Of a stretch of 64,000 nt of DNA, positions 30,595-39,718 are shown piece after piece. The notes beneath the pieces are model-generated. The model did not search any database and was not told where the DNA came from. It saw only the letters and a list, made by a program, of their open reading frames with translations. This DNA comes from Alphaproteobacteria bacterium. Lineage in GTDB: Bacteria; Pseudomonadota; Alphaproteobacteria; CAAHEQ01; UBA3637. The stretch lies in assembly GCA_017539265.1 (NCBI GenBank), contig JAFYHG010000030.1:3878-67877 (forward strand), written 5' to 3'. Both the position numbers and the translations under genes were made by a program. Position 1 is the stretch's first letter; each line of letters opens with the position of its first letter.

Positions 30595-30642
30595 TTTAGG
30601 AACGCATTTGCATCTGGTGAAAAAAGATGTAGCGTTCCTAAA
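30595..30642 (+). promoter_or_regulatory. 11-bp stem hairpin between acpP and fabF (partial terminator / mRNA-processing element)
   Basis: TTTAGGAACGC...GCGTTCCTAAA inverted repeat read directly. Confidence 0.5.
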
Positions 30643-30665
30643 ACTTTATCTGAAAGGATTTTATC

Positions 30666-31913
30666 GTGGCAAGACGTGTGGTAATAACGGGAATGGGCCT
30701 ATTGACTCCGTTGGGGTTGGGGCTAAAGACAAACTGGGATAAACTGATTGCCGGTCGGTCGGGCATATCCCGGATTACTTCTATGGATGTGTCGGATTAT
30801 CCGTCAAAAATTGGGGGCGAAATCCCTTTTGGTAAAGGTGAAGATAAGGTTGATTTGGATTCCCTGATTTCCCCCAAGGAACAACGTCGAAATGACCCTT
30901 CCGTTCAATACGGTATGATTGCCGGTATGCAGGCGTTGGAGGATTCGGGTTATCTTCCGAAAACAGAGGAAGAAGCCGATCGGTCCGGTATTTTGATGGG
31001 GTCTGGGATCGGTGGGGTTCAGACGCTTGCCAACGGAATGGTTTTGATTAAAGAAGAAGGTTTGCATAAACTGTCTCCCTTTTTTATTCCCTCCGCCATT
31101 ATCAACATGATTGGGGGACAACTGGCCATCAAATATAATTTTAAAGGCCCTAATACAACGGTTGCTACCGCTTGTGCAACGGGAACACATGCGATTGGGG
31201 ACGCGGTCCGAATTATTCAAAATGATGAGGCTGATGTCATGATTGCCGGTGGGGCCGAGGCCGCAATTTGCCCGTGTGGATTGGGCGGATTTTCTCAGGC
31301 ACGTGCTCTTTCGACTCATTATAATGATGCACCGGAAAAAGCCAGTCGCCCTTGGGATAAAGATCGTGATGGTTTTGTGATGGGCGAAGGGGCAGGGGCC
31401 GTCGTTTTAGAGGAATATGAGCACGCTAAAGCCCGCGGTGCAAAAATTTATGCCGAAGTTATCGGGTATGCGGCGACGTGTGATGCCTATCATGTAACGG
31501 CACCGGGGGCAGGTGGATTAAAAGCTATGCAGCTCGCTTTAAAACGGGCCCGTTTAAATCCCGAAGATGTTGACTATATCAACGCACATGGTACGTCAAC
31601 GACGGCTGGTGATATGGTTGAATTTAATGCGGTTAAAACAATCTTCGGAAACACGCACGTGTCTATGTCATCCACGAAATCAGCCATAGGGCATCTGTTG
31701 GGTGCGGCCGGTGCGGTTGAGGTTATTTATTCTGTTTTAGCAATGCAAACCGGTATTTTACCGCCGACTTTGAATTTGGATCATCCGGAAGAGGAAACCG
31801 CCGGTTTTGATTTGGTTCCCAATGTTGCCAAAGAAAAACAGGTTCGAATTGCCTTATCCAATTCATTCGGATTTGGGGGTACAAACGGTTCTATTATTTT
31901 GAAGAAAGTTTAA
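30666..31913 (+). CDS. fabF: 3-oxoacyl-ACP synthase II
   Basis: GTG start; active-site Cys region ATACATG, His/His motifs. Confidence 0.9.
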   Translation: MARRVVITGMGLLTPLGLGLKTNWDKLIAGRSGISRITSMDVSDYPSKIGGEIPFGKGEDKVDLDSLISPKEQRRNDPSVQYGMIAGMQALEDSGYLPKTEEEADRSGILMGSGIGGVQTLANGMVLIKEEGLHKLSPFFIPSAIINMIGGQLAIKYNFKGPNTTVATACATGTHAIGDAVRIIQNDEADVMIAGGAEAAICPCGLGGFSQARALSTHYNDAPEKASRPWDKDRDGFVMGEGAGAVVLEEYEHAKARGAKIYAEVIGYAATCDAYHVTAPGAGGLKAMQLALKRARLNPEDVDYINAHGTSTTAGDMVEFNAVKTIFGNTHVSMSSTKSAIGHLLGAAGAVEVIYSVLAMQTGILPPTLNLDHPEEETAGFDLVPNVAKEKQVRIALSNSFGFGGTNGSIILKKV

Positions 31914-31914
31914 C

Positions 31915-33069
31915 ATGAGACACGGTGTTTTGGCTTATTTTTTATTGTTTTTTATTGCGGTATCCCTGATTGGGGGGAGTGTACTGACGACTTATACCCA
32001 ATTTATAGAAGACGGTCCGCTTACTGAGGCCAAGGATGTCGTTATCCCCAAGGGCAGAAGTTTAAAACAGGTGGCACGCCTTTTGAAACGGGAAGGCGTG
32101 ATTGAGAGTCCCGCCATATTTGAATTGGGTGTACGGGCCAGTGGGAATACCTTAAAAATTAAATCCGGTGAATATAATTTTCCCCGCCAGGCTAGTGCTA
32201 AACTTGTCATGAATATTTTAACGGACGGTCAAACCGTTGCGCGGCGGTTTGTGGCACCCGAAGGCATGACTTCCGCCCAAATTGTTGAATTGATGGATAA
32301 GTATTTGGGCCTTGTGGGTGAGGTTCAAAAAATTCCGCCCGACGGTACATTGCTACCGGAAACATACAATTATTCTTATGGTGATACCAAAGAATCGCTT
32401 TTGAAACGGATGCAGGAAAGTATGGATAAAAAAGTAGCGGAGTTATGGGCAAAACGGGATAAAAACGTGCCGTTTAAAACATCATGGGAGGCCGTTATTA
32501 TGGCTTCTATCGTTGAAAAAGAAACAGCGCGCCCCGAAGAACGCCCCCATATCGCATCGGTCTTTTTTAATCGCCTGAAAAAGCATATTCGTTTGCAATC
32601 CGATCCGACAGTTATTTATGCCATCACAAATGGAAAATTGGATTTAAAAAGGGCGCTAACCTATGCTGATTTAAAGGTTCAAAATCCTTATAATACTTAT
32701 GTGGTTTATGGTTTACCCCAAGGACCGATTGCTAATCCCGGAGCGGCGGCTTTAGCGGCAGTTTTAAACCCGATGGAAACGGATGATATCTATTTCGTTG
32801 CGGACGGTAAAGGCGGGCACGTGTTTTCCCCGACCTATGAAGAACACCAAAAGAACGTAACACGTTGGCGCCAAAGCAAGAAAAAGAAAAAGGTTTCTAA
32901 ATCGGTGGAAACGGCGTTACCTGCTCAGGTGGATCAACCAAATGAATCGGTACAAGAAGGGCAATTGCCCCAACCGACAGATGCCATTCCGGCCTCGGAC
33001 TCCTTACAACAACCCCAATCGCAGGTTCCATTATCGTCGGTGGAAAATGAAATTAATTCAGCTTTATAA
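31915..33069 (+). CDS. mltG: endolytic murein transglycosylase MltG (YceG-like) with a low-complexity C-terminal tail
   Basis: N-terminal TM anchor and YceG domain; standard fabF-mltG linkage. Confidence 0.75.
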   Translation: MRHGVLAYFLLFFIAVSLIGGSVLTTYTQFIEDGPLTEAKDVVIPKGRSLKQVARLLKREGVIESPAIFELGVRASGNTLKIKSGEYNFPRQASAKLVMNILTDGQTVARRFVAPEGMTSAQIVELMDKYLGLVGEVQKIPPDGTLLPETYNYSYGDTKESLLKRMQESMDKKVAELWAKRDKNVPFKTSWEAVIMASIVEKETARPEERPHIASVFFNRLKKHIRLQSDPTVIYAITNGKLDLKRALTYADLKVQNPYNTYVVYGLPQGPIANPGAAALAAVLNPMETDDIYFVADGKGGHVFSPTYEEHQKNVTRWRQSKKKKKVSKSVETALPAQVDQPNESVQEGQLPQPTDAIPASDSLQQPQSQVPLSSVENEINSAL

Positions 33070-33102
33070 CGGGAATAACCATGGTGATTGGAGATGTTAT
33101 CA

Positions 33103-33222
33103 ATGAAGAATAAAGATAAAAAAGAAAAAAGCATTTGGGAAATTATAGGAAACCTTATTTTATTTTCCCTTTTAATTGATGCTATATTTGACTTTTTTGA
33201 TGATCTTAATAAGAATGAATAA
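33103..33222 (+). CDS. possible 39-aa small hydrophobic protein (below the ORF-track length cutoff)
   Basis: ATG with a GGAG about 10 nt upstream; MKNKDKKEKSIWEIIGNLILFSLLIDAIFDFFDDLNKNE. Confidence 0.3.
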   Translation: MKNKDKKEKSIWEIIGNLILFSLLIDAIFDFFDDLNKNE

Positions 33223-33228
33223 AACGAA

Positions 33229-33690
33229 ATGAAAAATAAGGTGATTATACGCATGGGTGCAAAAAAAATAGTCAAGGATTCTATAAAGATATTACTTATG
33301 GGCATAGTAGCATTTATTCTGCTTGTTATATCGGTTAATTTTTTAGGCTCTTTGTTAGGTGAGGCTATTGATAGTAGTGGCGGTTATGGGACGAGTTGTT
33401 GCCCGGATTATATTGATGATAATTTTGGTACTCGCCTTAATTTTAGGGATGGTGTCTATAAACTTAAAAAAGATGAATGTGGCTTTTTAGATGGTACATG
33501 TAAGGTTGTTGTCTCTTTTGAAAGCAGACCGCAAGAAGCATTAGATACAGTTAAGAAAATGAAAAATTACTGGAATGTTTCATATGGGGATATTTATATA
33601 CATAGTGAAACAGAGGCAGATGACTCTTTTTATCGTGTTGTTTATGATCCCGATAAATCAGAATTAAAATATACCAGTGAGACAAGATAG
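33229..33690 (+). CDS. hypothetical membrane-anchored Cys-rich protein
   Basis: N-terminal TM helix, 7 Cys, no recognisable family. Confidence 0.4.
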   Translation: MKNKVIIRMGAKKIVKDSIKILLMGIVAFILLVISVNFLGSLLGEAIDSSGGYGTSCCPDYIDDNFGTRLNFRDGVYKLKKDECGFLDGTCKVVVSFESRPQEALDTVKKMKNYWNVSYGDIYIHSETEADDSFYRVVYDPDKSELKYTSETR

Positions 33691-33720
33691 ATTGGTAAAA
33701 AAATAAACACTAAAAAAGTG

Positions 33721-33749
33721 TTGACTTATAAAACTAAATGGTGTATAAG
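33721..33749 (+). promoter_or_regulatory. promoter TTGACT-17-TATAAG
   Basis: read directly; no protein-coding gene follows on this strand. Confidence 0.45.
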
Positions 33750-33779
33750 CGATTTGCCTTTAAAGGCATAGGAAGACTA

Positions 33780-33813
33780 AATCAGGTTTGGATTTCCAAG
33801 CCTGATTTTTTTT
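33780..33813 (+). terminator. intrinsic terminator AATCAGGTTTGGA-tttc-CAAGCCTGATT plus T8, about 30 nt downstream of the promoter
   Basis: hairpin and U-tract read directly; also abuts the stop of the minus-strand 33812 gene. Confidence 0.55.
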
Positions 33814-35689
33814 AACGCACATTTCTAGGATCAAGATTTGGCGGAATAATTGTCGGATGAGGTGTCTTTTCTGTTACAGCGGGATTTTGTGTTTTTGCTA
33901 ATGTATTGTTTATTCCAGTTGTTGTTTGATTTTGGGTGTGAACTTCCGTTTTGCTTAATTGTGGTGTTTCCGGCTGTTTTTCGGACTCTGATCCATTTAT
34001 AGATGATAAACGTTTTTTTCGAAATTCAGCCAATTCTTGTTTGAATGTCTGTTCAGCTTGAAATCTTATGGCATCGGATGATATAAACCTTTGGTCACGG
34101 GGGTTTTTTTGTTGATAAATCTGGAATGCTTCTTCCAAAAGTGAAGTGTTTCCTGTTTTGTAATTTTTAGTCCTGCATATTAGCATTTGAACGTCTTGTT
34201 CTGATATAACGGGGTGGCCGCTTTTATCTTTTTGATTTAAAATATCATGTATAACCTGAATTTGATTATTGTGTTGAGTTTTATTAACATTTTCGATCAA
34301 AGGAGAAAAGGTTTGACTCTTTAAAATCTTCATCAAATAAGGGCGGGAAATACCCACTTGATTTAATACAGTATCTGCAGTTTTAATTAAACCGAGTGCT
34401 ACTGCGTTTTTTAGAACCATTTCGCTTGCATCTTCCGGTATTTGTGTCACCTGAGATAAAAATTTCAATTTTTTCTGTTGTTCTGAATCAAATTGTTTTA
34501 ACCCCTTCGGTGAAGTATCAATGGGGTTTGAAGTGTCTAATTGTGCCTGGATGACAACGGAGGGGAAAATATTTTGCTCTTTCCGTAATAAGCGAAATTT
34601 TTTTGCTGTTTTATCGCGTTTGAAAATTCGGTCAAGGATACCTCTTTTATTATATTCTTCTGAAAGTTGTTTTAAAAATTCTTCACGTCCGACATCATCT
34701 ATTAGGGGGTCTCCATTTTTATCGTGAGCCTTCAATAATCTTATTATAGTTGAAAAATCAACACGCTCGTCTGCTTCTAAAAAGGTTTGAAATAAAGTGA
34801 AGCGTTCTATTTTTGAAGCCGTATATTTTCCGTCTGCTCCTGTTTCTGATATTTTTTGTGTTGCTTCTTCCCATTTTTGGTTATGGGCCAACCAACCGGC
34901 TATATTTCTGTAAGGTTCTTTTGGTGTTTCTAATAATTTTGCCAATAACTCAGCCGAAGGTTTTTGTTTCAATGGGAACGATTCCGGTATTTGGGATAAT
35001 CCTTTATCATTTATTCCCAAAGGATGTAGGGTATCATATTCTGCCTTATAGCTACTGCGATACATAATCGGTAATGTAGCTATCATTAACTTTTCTTCTA
35101 ATTGAGCATAAGGTGTATTTAAGGGTGCTTCTAAAAAAATATCAAAAACTTTTTGAAATGCCCCCACGTCTAATCTGGCCATTCTCTTTTGGGCTTTTTC
35201 AGGGTCAGTTGCATTTTCTTCTTGTGCCTTTAATAAACTGACATAAAAACCAAACGGATAAGATTGGGATTCCTGGAAAAAACCTGTCTCCTGTATGGCT
35301 AAATTATCTTTGCCACATACTATACTCATGACTTCTTTTGTGGTTTGTTCCGCATGTTTCAGCTCATGCGATAAAATATTAATTAAATCAGTTTGTTGCG
35401 TTGTTTTTTCTAATCGAATTTTATTCGTTCCCGATGCATAATTACCCGAAAATTTTTCCTCTTTATCTGGTATATATGTACAATCAATTATAAGCGGGCT
35501 GTTTTTTCGCCAGTCGGGAAATGTACCGAATAAACCCTTTTCTTCATTTTTTCTGTATATAAATGCCAATGCTTCTTGTATATCACGCTCAGACTCTGTT
35601 AAAGTATCGGGTGAAGCTGCCAAAAAATCGACCATTTTTTGGGTTCCAAGGCTGCATTTGATTTGTACAACGTCAAGAGTATTTTCCAT
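33812..35689 (-). CDS. large cytoplasmic hypothetical protein with an HExxH (HELKH) zincin-like motif; effector-like
   Basis: 625 aa, no signal peptide, HELKHAEQ near aa 108. Confidence 0.5.
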   Translation of the reverse strand: MENTLDVVQIKCSLGTQKMVDFLAASPDTLTESERDIQEALAFIYRKNEEKGLFGTFPDWRKNSPLIIDCTYIPDKEEKFSGNYASGTNKIRLEKTTQQTDLINILSHELKHAEQTTKEVMSIVCGKDNLAIQETGFFQESQSYPFGFYVSLLKAQEENATDPEKAQKRMARLDVGAFQKVFDIFLEAPLNTPYAQLEEKLMIATLPIMYRSSYKAEYDTLHPLGINDKGLSQIPESFPLKQKPSAELLAKLLETPKEPYRNIAGWLAHNQKWEEATQKISETGADGKYTASKIERFTLFQTFLEADERVDFSTIIRLLKAHDKNGDPLIDDVGREEFLKQLSEEYNKRGILDRIFKRDKTAKKFRLLRKEQNIFPSVVIQAQLDTSNPIDTSPKGLKQFDSEQQKKLKFLSQVTQIPEDASEMVLKNAVALGLIKTADTVLNQVGISRPYLMKILKSQTFSPLIENVNKTQHNNQIQVIHDILNQKDKSGHPVISEQDVQMLICRTKNYKTGNTSLLEEAFQIYQQKNPRDQRFISSDAIRFQAEQTFKQELAEFRKKRLSSINGSESEKQPETPQLSKTEVHTQNQTTTGINNTLAKTQNPAVTEKTPHPTIIPPNLDPRNVR

Positions 35690-35778
35690 AACATACCACC
35701 TAAACGATGAAAACTACAAACATTCCCTATAACTATATTATAGCAGAGATTTTATTTATGTCAAATTATCGGCAATTT

Positions 35779-36999
35779 TTATTTTGAATTCAACAATAAT
35801 TGAGTTGTTTCGTCCATTTCCGGTTTATGACATTCTTCTTTTCCGACATAGGGCAGGGCCGTATCCAGCAATCGTGGCGCATAGTATTCAATATTGGCAC
35901 ATTCCTGTTCGGTAAATGTTAAATGATAGGGGCGAATCCGGACGGGAGTTCGTTTGTTCGGATTTCGGATTGGTTCTAGGCAATGATCCACACACCGGCC
36001 TTGATGATAGAGGTTTGCAAAACTTTTTTTGCCGTTTTTCATTAAAGTAACAAGTGACGGGGATACCTCTTGAATGATTGAATCGTCCGGTAAGATTTCC
36101 CCTTTTGAATAGGAAAAAGTCTCCCCCGCATGATTTTTAAGAATTACAGTTCCATCTTGTTGTTGCCCTAAATAGAAATAGGGTTGTGACCTAAAGAATT
36201 TTTCTTGTTTTAAAATGTCTTTACAATCACATCCGACGGGGATATTATCTGTTATGCTTTTATCAAACGGTTCACAGGTATAGGCCTGTAATGACATATA
36301 ATATCGCGCATCTTCTTCGGATATTTTTCCTTGTTTTGCCAGATGGTAAGCCCCTAAGTTTTCCTCAGCGGCCGGGCATCCGAGTAAGATACTTTTCCAC
36401 AGGAAAAAGAGGGTCTTTCGGTAATCCTTTTGAATGCGATGTTCTCCACTGAAACTTAAATAGGCTAGTGTATTATTAGCAACCGCCGATCGACCGTTCG
36501 CGGCTTTTGTTAAAAGGGCAATTCCTGAATCTGGGGCATATTCCGAAGATGTCTTATCCAAATGTATCATCCCTAAAATTTCCATTACTTTAATGGTTTC
36601 TTCTTCACTTAAATCTCCGCTTTTAACGGCCAGATCGAAATAGTGCAGGGCTTCTTTCACATTGTCGGCTCTTAACCTTTCTTTTCCCCGCCTAACAAGC
36701 GCAGGCCCGAAGTTCATATCCTCTGCTTTCTTGCAATAGAGCGCTCCATAGGCACTACCGGGATACCGACGGCACAGTTCAAATGTAGCACGCCTCAGGC
36801 CGTGTGCCGTTACAAAGGGTGCCCACTGGGCCCAGGCCCGTGCTTCGTTTCCAAAGCCGCAATCATCATATAAAACGGGATCGTTCTTCTCTTCTGCCTG
36901 CGTGATTAACTGTTCACAGGCCTCGTTTGACAAATCTTGGGCTATTGCTGTCCCGGCCAACAAAGTGATACCTAATAGGGTGCTTAAAATTTTCATCAT
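35779..36999 (-). CDS. secreted Sel1/TPR-like repeat protein
   Basis: signal peptide MKILSTLLGITLLAGTAIA; repeats of the A-x-x-LG/AYxLAKQG type; start chosen at MMKIL with RBS GGAGG (ORF track extends to 37044). Confidence 0.45.
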   Translation of the reverse strand: MMKILSTLLGITLLAGTAIAQDLSNEACEQLITQAEEKNDPVLYDDCGFGNEARAWAQWAPFVTAHGLRRATFELCRRYPGSAYGALYCKKAEDMNFGPALVRRGKERLRADNVKEALHYFDLAVKSGDLSEEETIKVMEILGMIHLDKTSSEYAPDSGIALLTKAANGRSAVANNTLAYLSFSGEHRIQKDYRKTLFFLWKSILLGCPAAEENLGAYHLAKQGKISEEDARYYMSLQAYTCEPFDKSITDNIPVGCDCKDILKQEKFFRSQPYFYLGQQQDGTVILKNHAGETFSYSKGEILPDDSIIQEVSPSLVTLMKNGKKSFANLYHQGRCVDHCLEPIRNPNKRTPVRIRPYHLTFTEQECANIEYYAPRLLDTALPYVGKEECHKPEMDETTQLLLNSK

Positions 37000-37101
37000 A
37001 ACCTCCATTTTATTCATCTTAGCAAAAATAAATGACGAATACAAGGTTTTTCGTCATTATTTTTTTAATACTTTGAAAAAGATAAACGTCTGATGAAAAA
37101 T

Positions 37102-37698
37102 TTATCTTTGTCTTTCGCTTAAGTATCGGGCAACACTGATTAAAGAGGTATGAATAGGGATGTTTCTTTCCCGAGCGGTTTGCTGCATTTGGGGATTTTG
37201 ATCCGTTGCCATCAGGATAACTTCATGCCCGTATTTTTGCGCGGTAAGTAAATTATAAATGCCGTCATCTACCACAATGCCGTGGGGAACAGAGCTGTAA
37301 TATTTTCCCTTGTTATCAATTTCCATCGGCAGACAGGTAATTCTTTCAAATATTGTGGAACCGAACAAATCATGAATGTTCATTTCGCGCTTTTTATGAG
37401 CCGCACCGTCTTCCGAGATAGAGGTAACAATCGAAATTTGATATCCTTGGCTTTTTAAGGCTTCAATCCCCTCTTTTGCCTCAGGCATCAGAGGAATGTG
37501 GGCAAATCTGTCTGTTCTGACAAAATTAGCGACCGTGGCTTGATATCCACCTAAGGGACTCTGACTTAAGTCCCACTCACTGGGATATTTATTTTTATCC
37601 ACGATTAAGTTGAATTGTTCCCGTAGGTAATCTGCAATCGTTTTTGCGGTATCCAGTAAAACCTCATCACAATCGATATAGATATTTTTTGGATTCAT
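37102..37698 (-). CDS. HAD-superfamily hydrolase, 5'(3')-deoxyribonucleotidase-like
   Basis: IYIDCDEVLLDT motif I; start at MNPKN with RBS GGGAGGG (ORF track extends to 37731). Confidence 0.5.
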   Translation of the reverse strand: MNPKNIYIDCDEVLLDTAKTIADYLREQFNLIVDKNKYPSEWDLSQSPLGGYQATVANFVRTDRFAHIPLMPEAKEGIEALKSQGYQISIVTSISEDGAAHKKREMNIHDLFGSTIFERITCLPMEIDNKGKYYSSVPHGIVVDDGIYNLLTAQKYGHEVILMATDQNPQMQQTARERNIPIHTSLISVARYLSERQR

Positions 37699-37764
37699 TT
37701 CGTTCCCTCCCATAGGGGCATTATAGCACAAAATAAAAATTTGTCAATTATTTTTAAAAAACAC

Positions 37765-37793
37765 TTGACAAACGGATAAAAGTATGATAATAT
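37765..37793 (+). promoter_or_regulatory. near-consensus promoter TTGACA-17-TAATAT
   Basis: read directly. Confidence 0.55.
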
Positions 37794-37884
37794 ACGCCAT
37801 CGCAACGAAAAGGAGAACTTGCGATGAACCTTCTAAAATATAACAGAAGACGAACACCACAAGGAACCTCTTTTTCGAAAAATC

Positions 37885-37913
37885 CCCCTTCAAACGAAAG
37901 GGGAATTTTTTTT
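37885..37913 (+). terminator. intrinsic terminator 1 (CCCCTT-caaacga-AAGGGG plus T8) in the leader
   Basis: read directly. Confidence 0.55.
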
Positions 37914-37921
37914 GCACCAAC

Positions 37922-37945
37922 GGCGTCCGAAAGGGCGCCTTTTTT
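37922..37945 (+). terminator. intrinsic terminator 2 (GGCGTCC-gaaa-GGGCGCC plus T6) in the leader
   Basis: read directly. Confidence 0.55.
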
Positions 37946-37968
37946 ATACTCAAAAGAAAGGAAAGAAA

Positions 37969-38169
37969 ATGACAGAAAAACAACTACCACCGGCAACGAT
38001 TGACGAAAAAATCAAACACGCAAAATGGGAGGCTAGACTGCGGGCACAAGATCCTGTCTGGACAGCTATCTGCGAAACAACAAGGTTCGTCAGAGGAACA
38101 GACGCAGGCAAAAAAATCGCCCAGCGCCTAATCCAAGCCTACCTGCAAGGTGAGCGCACACGCGCCTAA
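37969..38169 (+). CDS. small hypothetical protein (66 aa)
   Basis: ATG with RBS AAAGGAAAG right after the tandem terminators (ORF track starts at 37912). Confidence 0.35.
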   Translation: MTEKQLPPATIDEKIKHAKWEARLRAQDPVWTAICETTRFVRGTDAGKKIAQRLIQAYLQGERTRA

Positions 38170-38223
38170 TCAATCGGGGGCGGCCAAACACCGCCCCTAC
38201 AACTCAAAAGAAAGGAAAATAAA

Positions 38224-39054
38224 ATGGACTTAATCAAAAAGACAGTGTTGGAAAACATCAGTAAATACCCCACGGACAGAGAATATGAAGGTCTGGAAAA
38301 TATGTTTAGTCAGGCCATTCTTCACGAAGGGAAGAAAAAGTGGAACGATATAAGCGGCAACTGGGGTGGACGACAAGACGAGTGCGCCTATCAGGAAATT
38401 TATACAATAACCCAACCGGCCCCTAACCTGACAGAGTATAATATTAGCTTCACCATTGACAAAAAAATCTCTGTCCCAAGCGGGTGTCCAACCCTCAAAC
38501 AGACAATCGTCGGTTTATCCGGAAGCAGTTATTACCAGAATGGTCGAAATTATGACTCATCGGATTTAGTGGGAATTAACTTTACTCAACAAGAACATCC
38601 GGCTAGAACCACCCTGAAACTCAGTTTTTGGGATGGGCGGCATCGAGAACGACTAATTTGGAAAGCAGATAATCCACAGGCAGATCAGGAAATTCCTGAA
38701 TTAAGCGAAGCATTTAATAGCTGGAATGCGCGATATATCAACCCATGGTTCGGCTTCTTCGATAGGGAAGGGAGTTTCCTTGATACTTGGGATAAACAAT
38801 CAACACGGCCAGTAACTTCTTGCACCCTGAAAACAGTCCTGGAAAATGGGGAATTGGAACCAATTGACAGAGGCTTCATTGAGAAAATATACTATGGTGC
38901 CCCTCTTCCCAGACCAACAGCGCCCCTAGCAACAACTTGGTTCAGTCATTGCAACGAAAAGTGGCTGATAACAACATTCTTCTTAAAAAGTGCAGATAAG
39001 GGGGCAAGGCACTTTCAACGGTTCTTACAAGCTATTAAGGAAAATACGCGATAA
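38224..39054 (+). CDS. hypothetical protein (276 aa)
   Basis: RBS AAAGGAAAATAAAATG; no recognisable domain. Confidence 0.45.
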   Translation: MDLIKKTVLENISKYPTDREYEGLENMFSQAILHEGKKKWNDISGNWGGRQDECAYQEIYTITQPAPNLTEYNISFTIDKKISVPSGCPTLKQTIVGLSGSSYYQNGRNYDSSDLVGINFTQQEHPARTTLKLSFWDGRHRERLIWKADNPQADQEIPELSEAFNSWNARYINPWFGFFDREGSFLDTWDKQSTRPVTSCTLKTVLENGELEPIDRGFIEKIYYGAPLPRPTAPLATTWFSHCNEKWLITTFFLKSADKGARHFQRFLQAIKENTR

Positions 39055-39106
39055 TCCCTTGACAGGCAGAATAAAATTAAATAGACTGAAACAAAAGGAG
39101 AAAACC

Positions 39107-39718
39107 ATGATTAAAACATTTAAAACAAAGAACACTCAACTTTGTTGGGGACTTAAAAAGTCCTTTATTTTGGCTTCCTCGTCCCCCAGACGTATCCGAC
39201 TCTTGGAAAATGCAGGCTTTAAGCCAGTGGAAATTGTCCCTGCGGACATTGATGAAACCGAAAAGAAAGGGGAACGTCCCGATAAATATGTCGTGCGGGT
39301 TGCAACTGAAAAAGCCAAACATGTGGCAGGTCTTCGCCCCGGAATCTGCATTGTGGCGGCCGATACGATTATCGTGGCCAAGGGTAAAATTGTCCGTAAA
39401 GCCGCCACGGAACAAAAGGCTCGCGCGAATTTCAGGCTCTTATCCGGCGGGACACATTATGCCTATACGGGCTATTGTGTGATTTCGGGGGCAGGGAAAG
39501 TAACCTCAAAACTGGTTAAGACAACCATTAAAACCAAAAAGTTCACGGATGCCGAAATTGATACCCTGATCGCGTCTCAAGAATGGCAAAATGTGGCGGC
39601 CTATGGGATTGAAGGGCTTTTTTCTGCCCTGGTTCGGGATATTCAAGGTTCTTATACCAACATCATCGGTCTGCCAATCTATGAAGTAACACAGGATTTA
39701 AGGAAAGCCTTAAAATAA
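39107..39718 (+). CDS. maf: Maf-like nucleoside triphosphate pyrophosphatase
   Basis: LASSSPRR...D...GKP Maf signatures; start at MIKTFK with RBS AAGGAG. Confidence 0.85.
   Translation: MIKTFKTKNTQLCWGLKKSFILASSSPRRIRLLENAGFKPVEIVPADIDETEKKGERPDKYVVRVATEKAKHVAGLRPGICIVAADTIIVAKGKIVRKAATEQKARANFRLLSGGTHYAYTGYCVISGAGKVTSKLVKTTIKTKKFTDAEIDTLIASQEWQNVAAYGIEGLFSALVRDIQGSYTNIIGLPIYEVTQDLRKALK

Noticed and set aside
37824-38003. 59-codon leader ORF running through both leader terminators into the next gene
   Set aside because: It is listed only as part of the attenuator hypothesis. Its translation (MNLLKYNRRRTPQG...) is low-complexity and it overlaps the downstream start in another frame; probably not a real protein.
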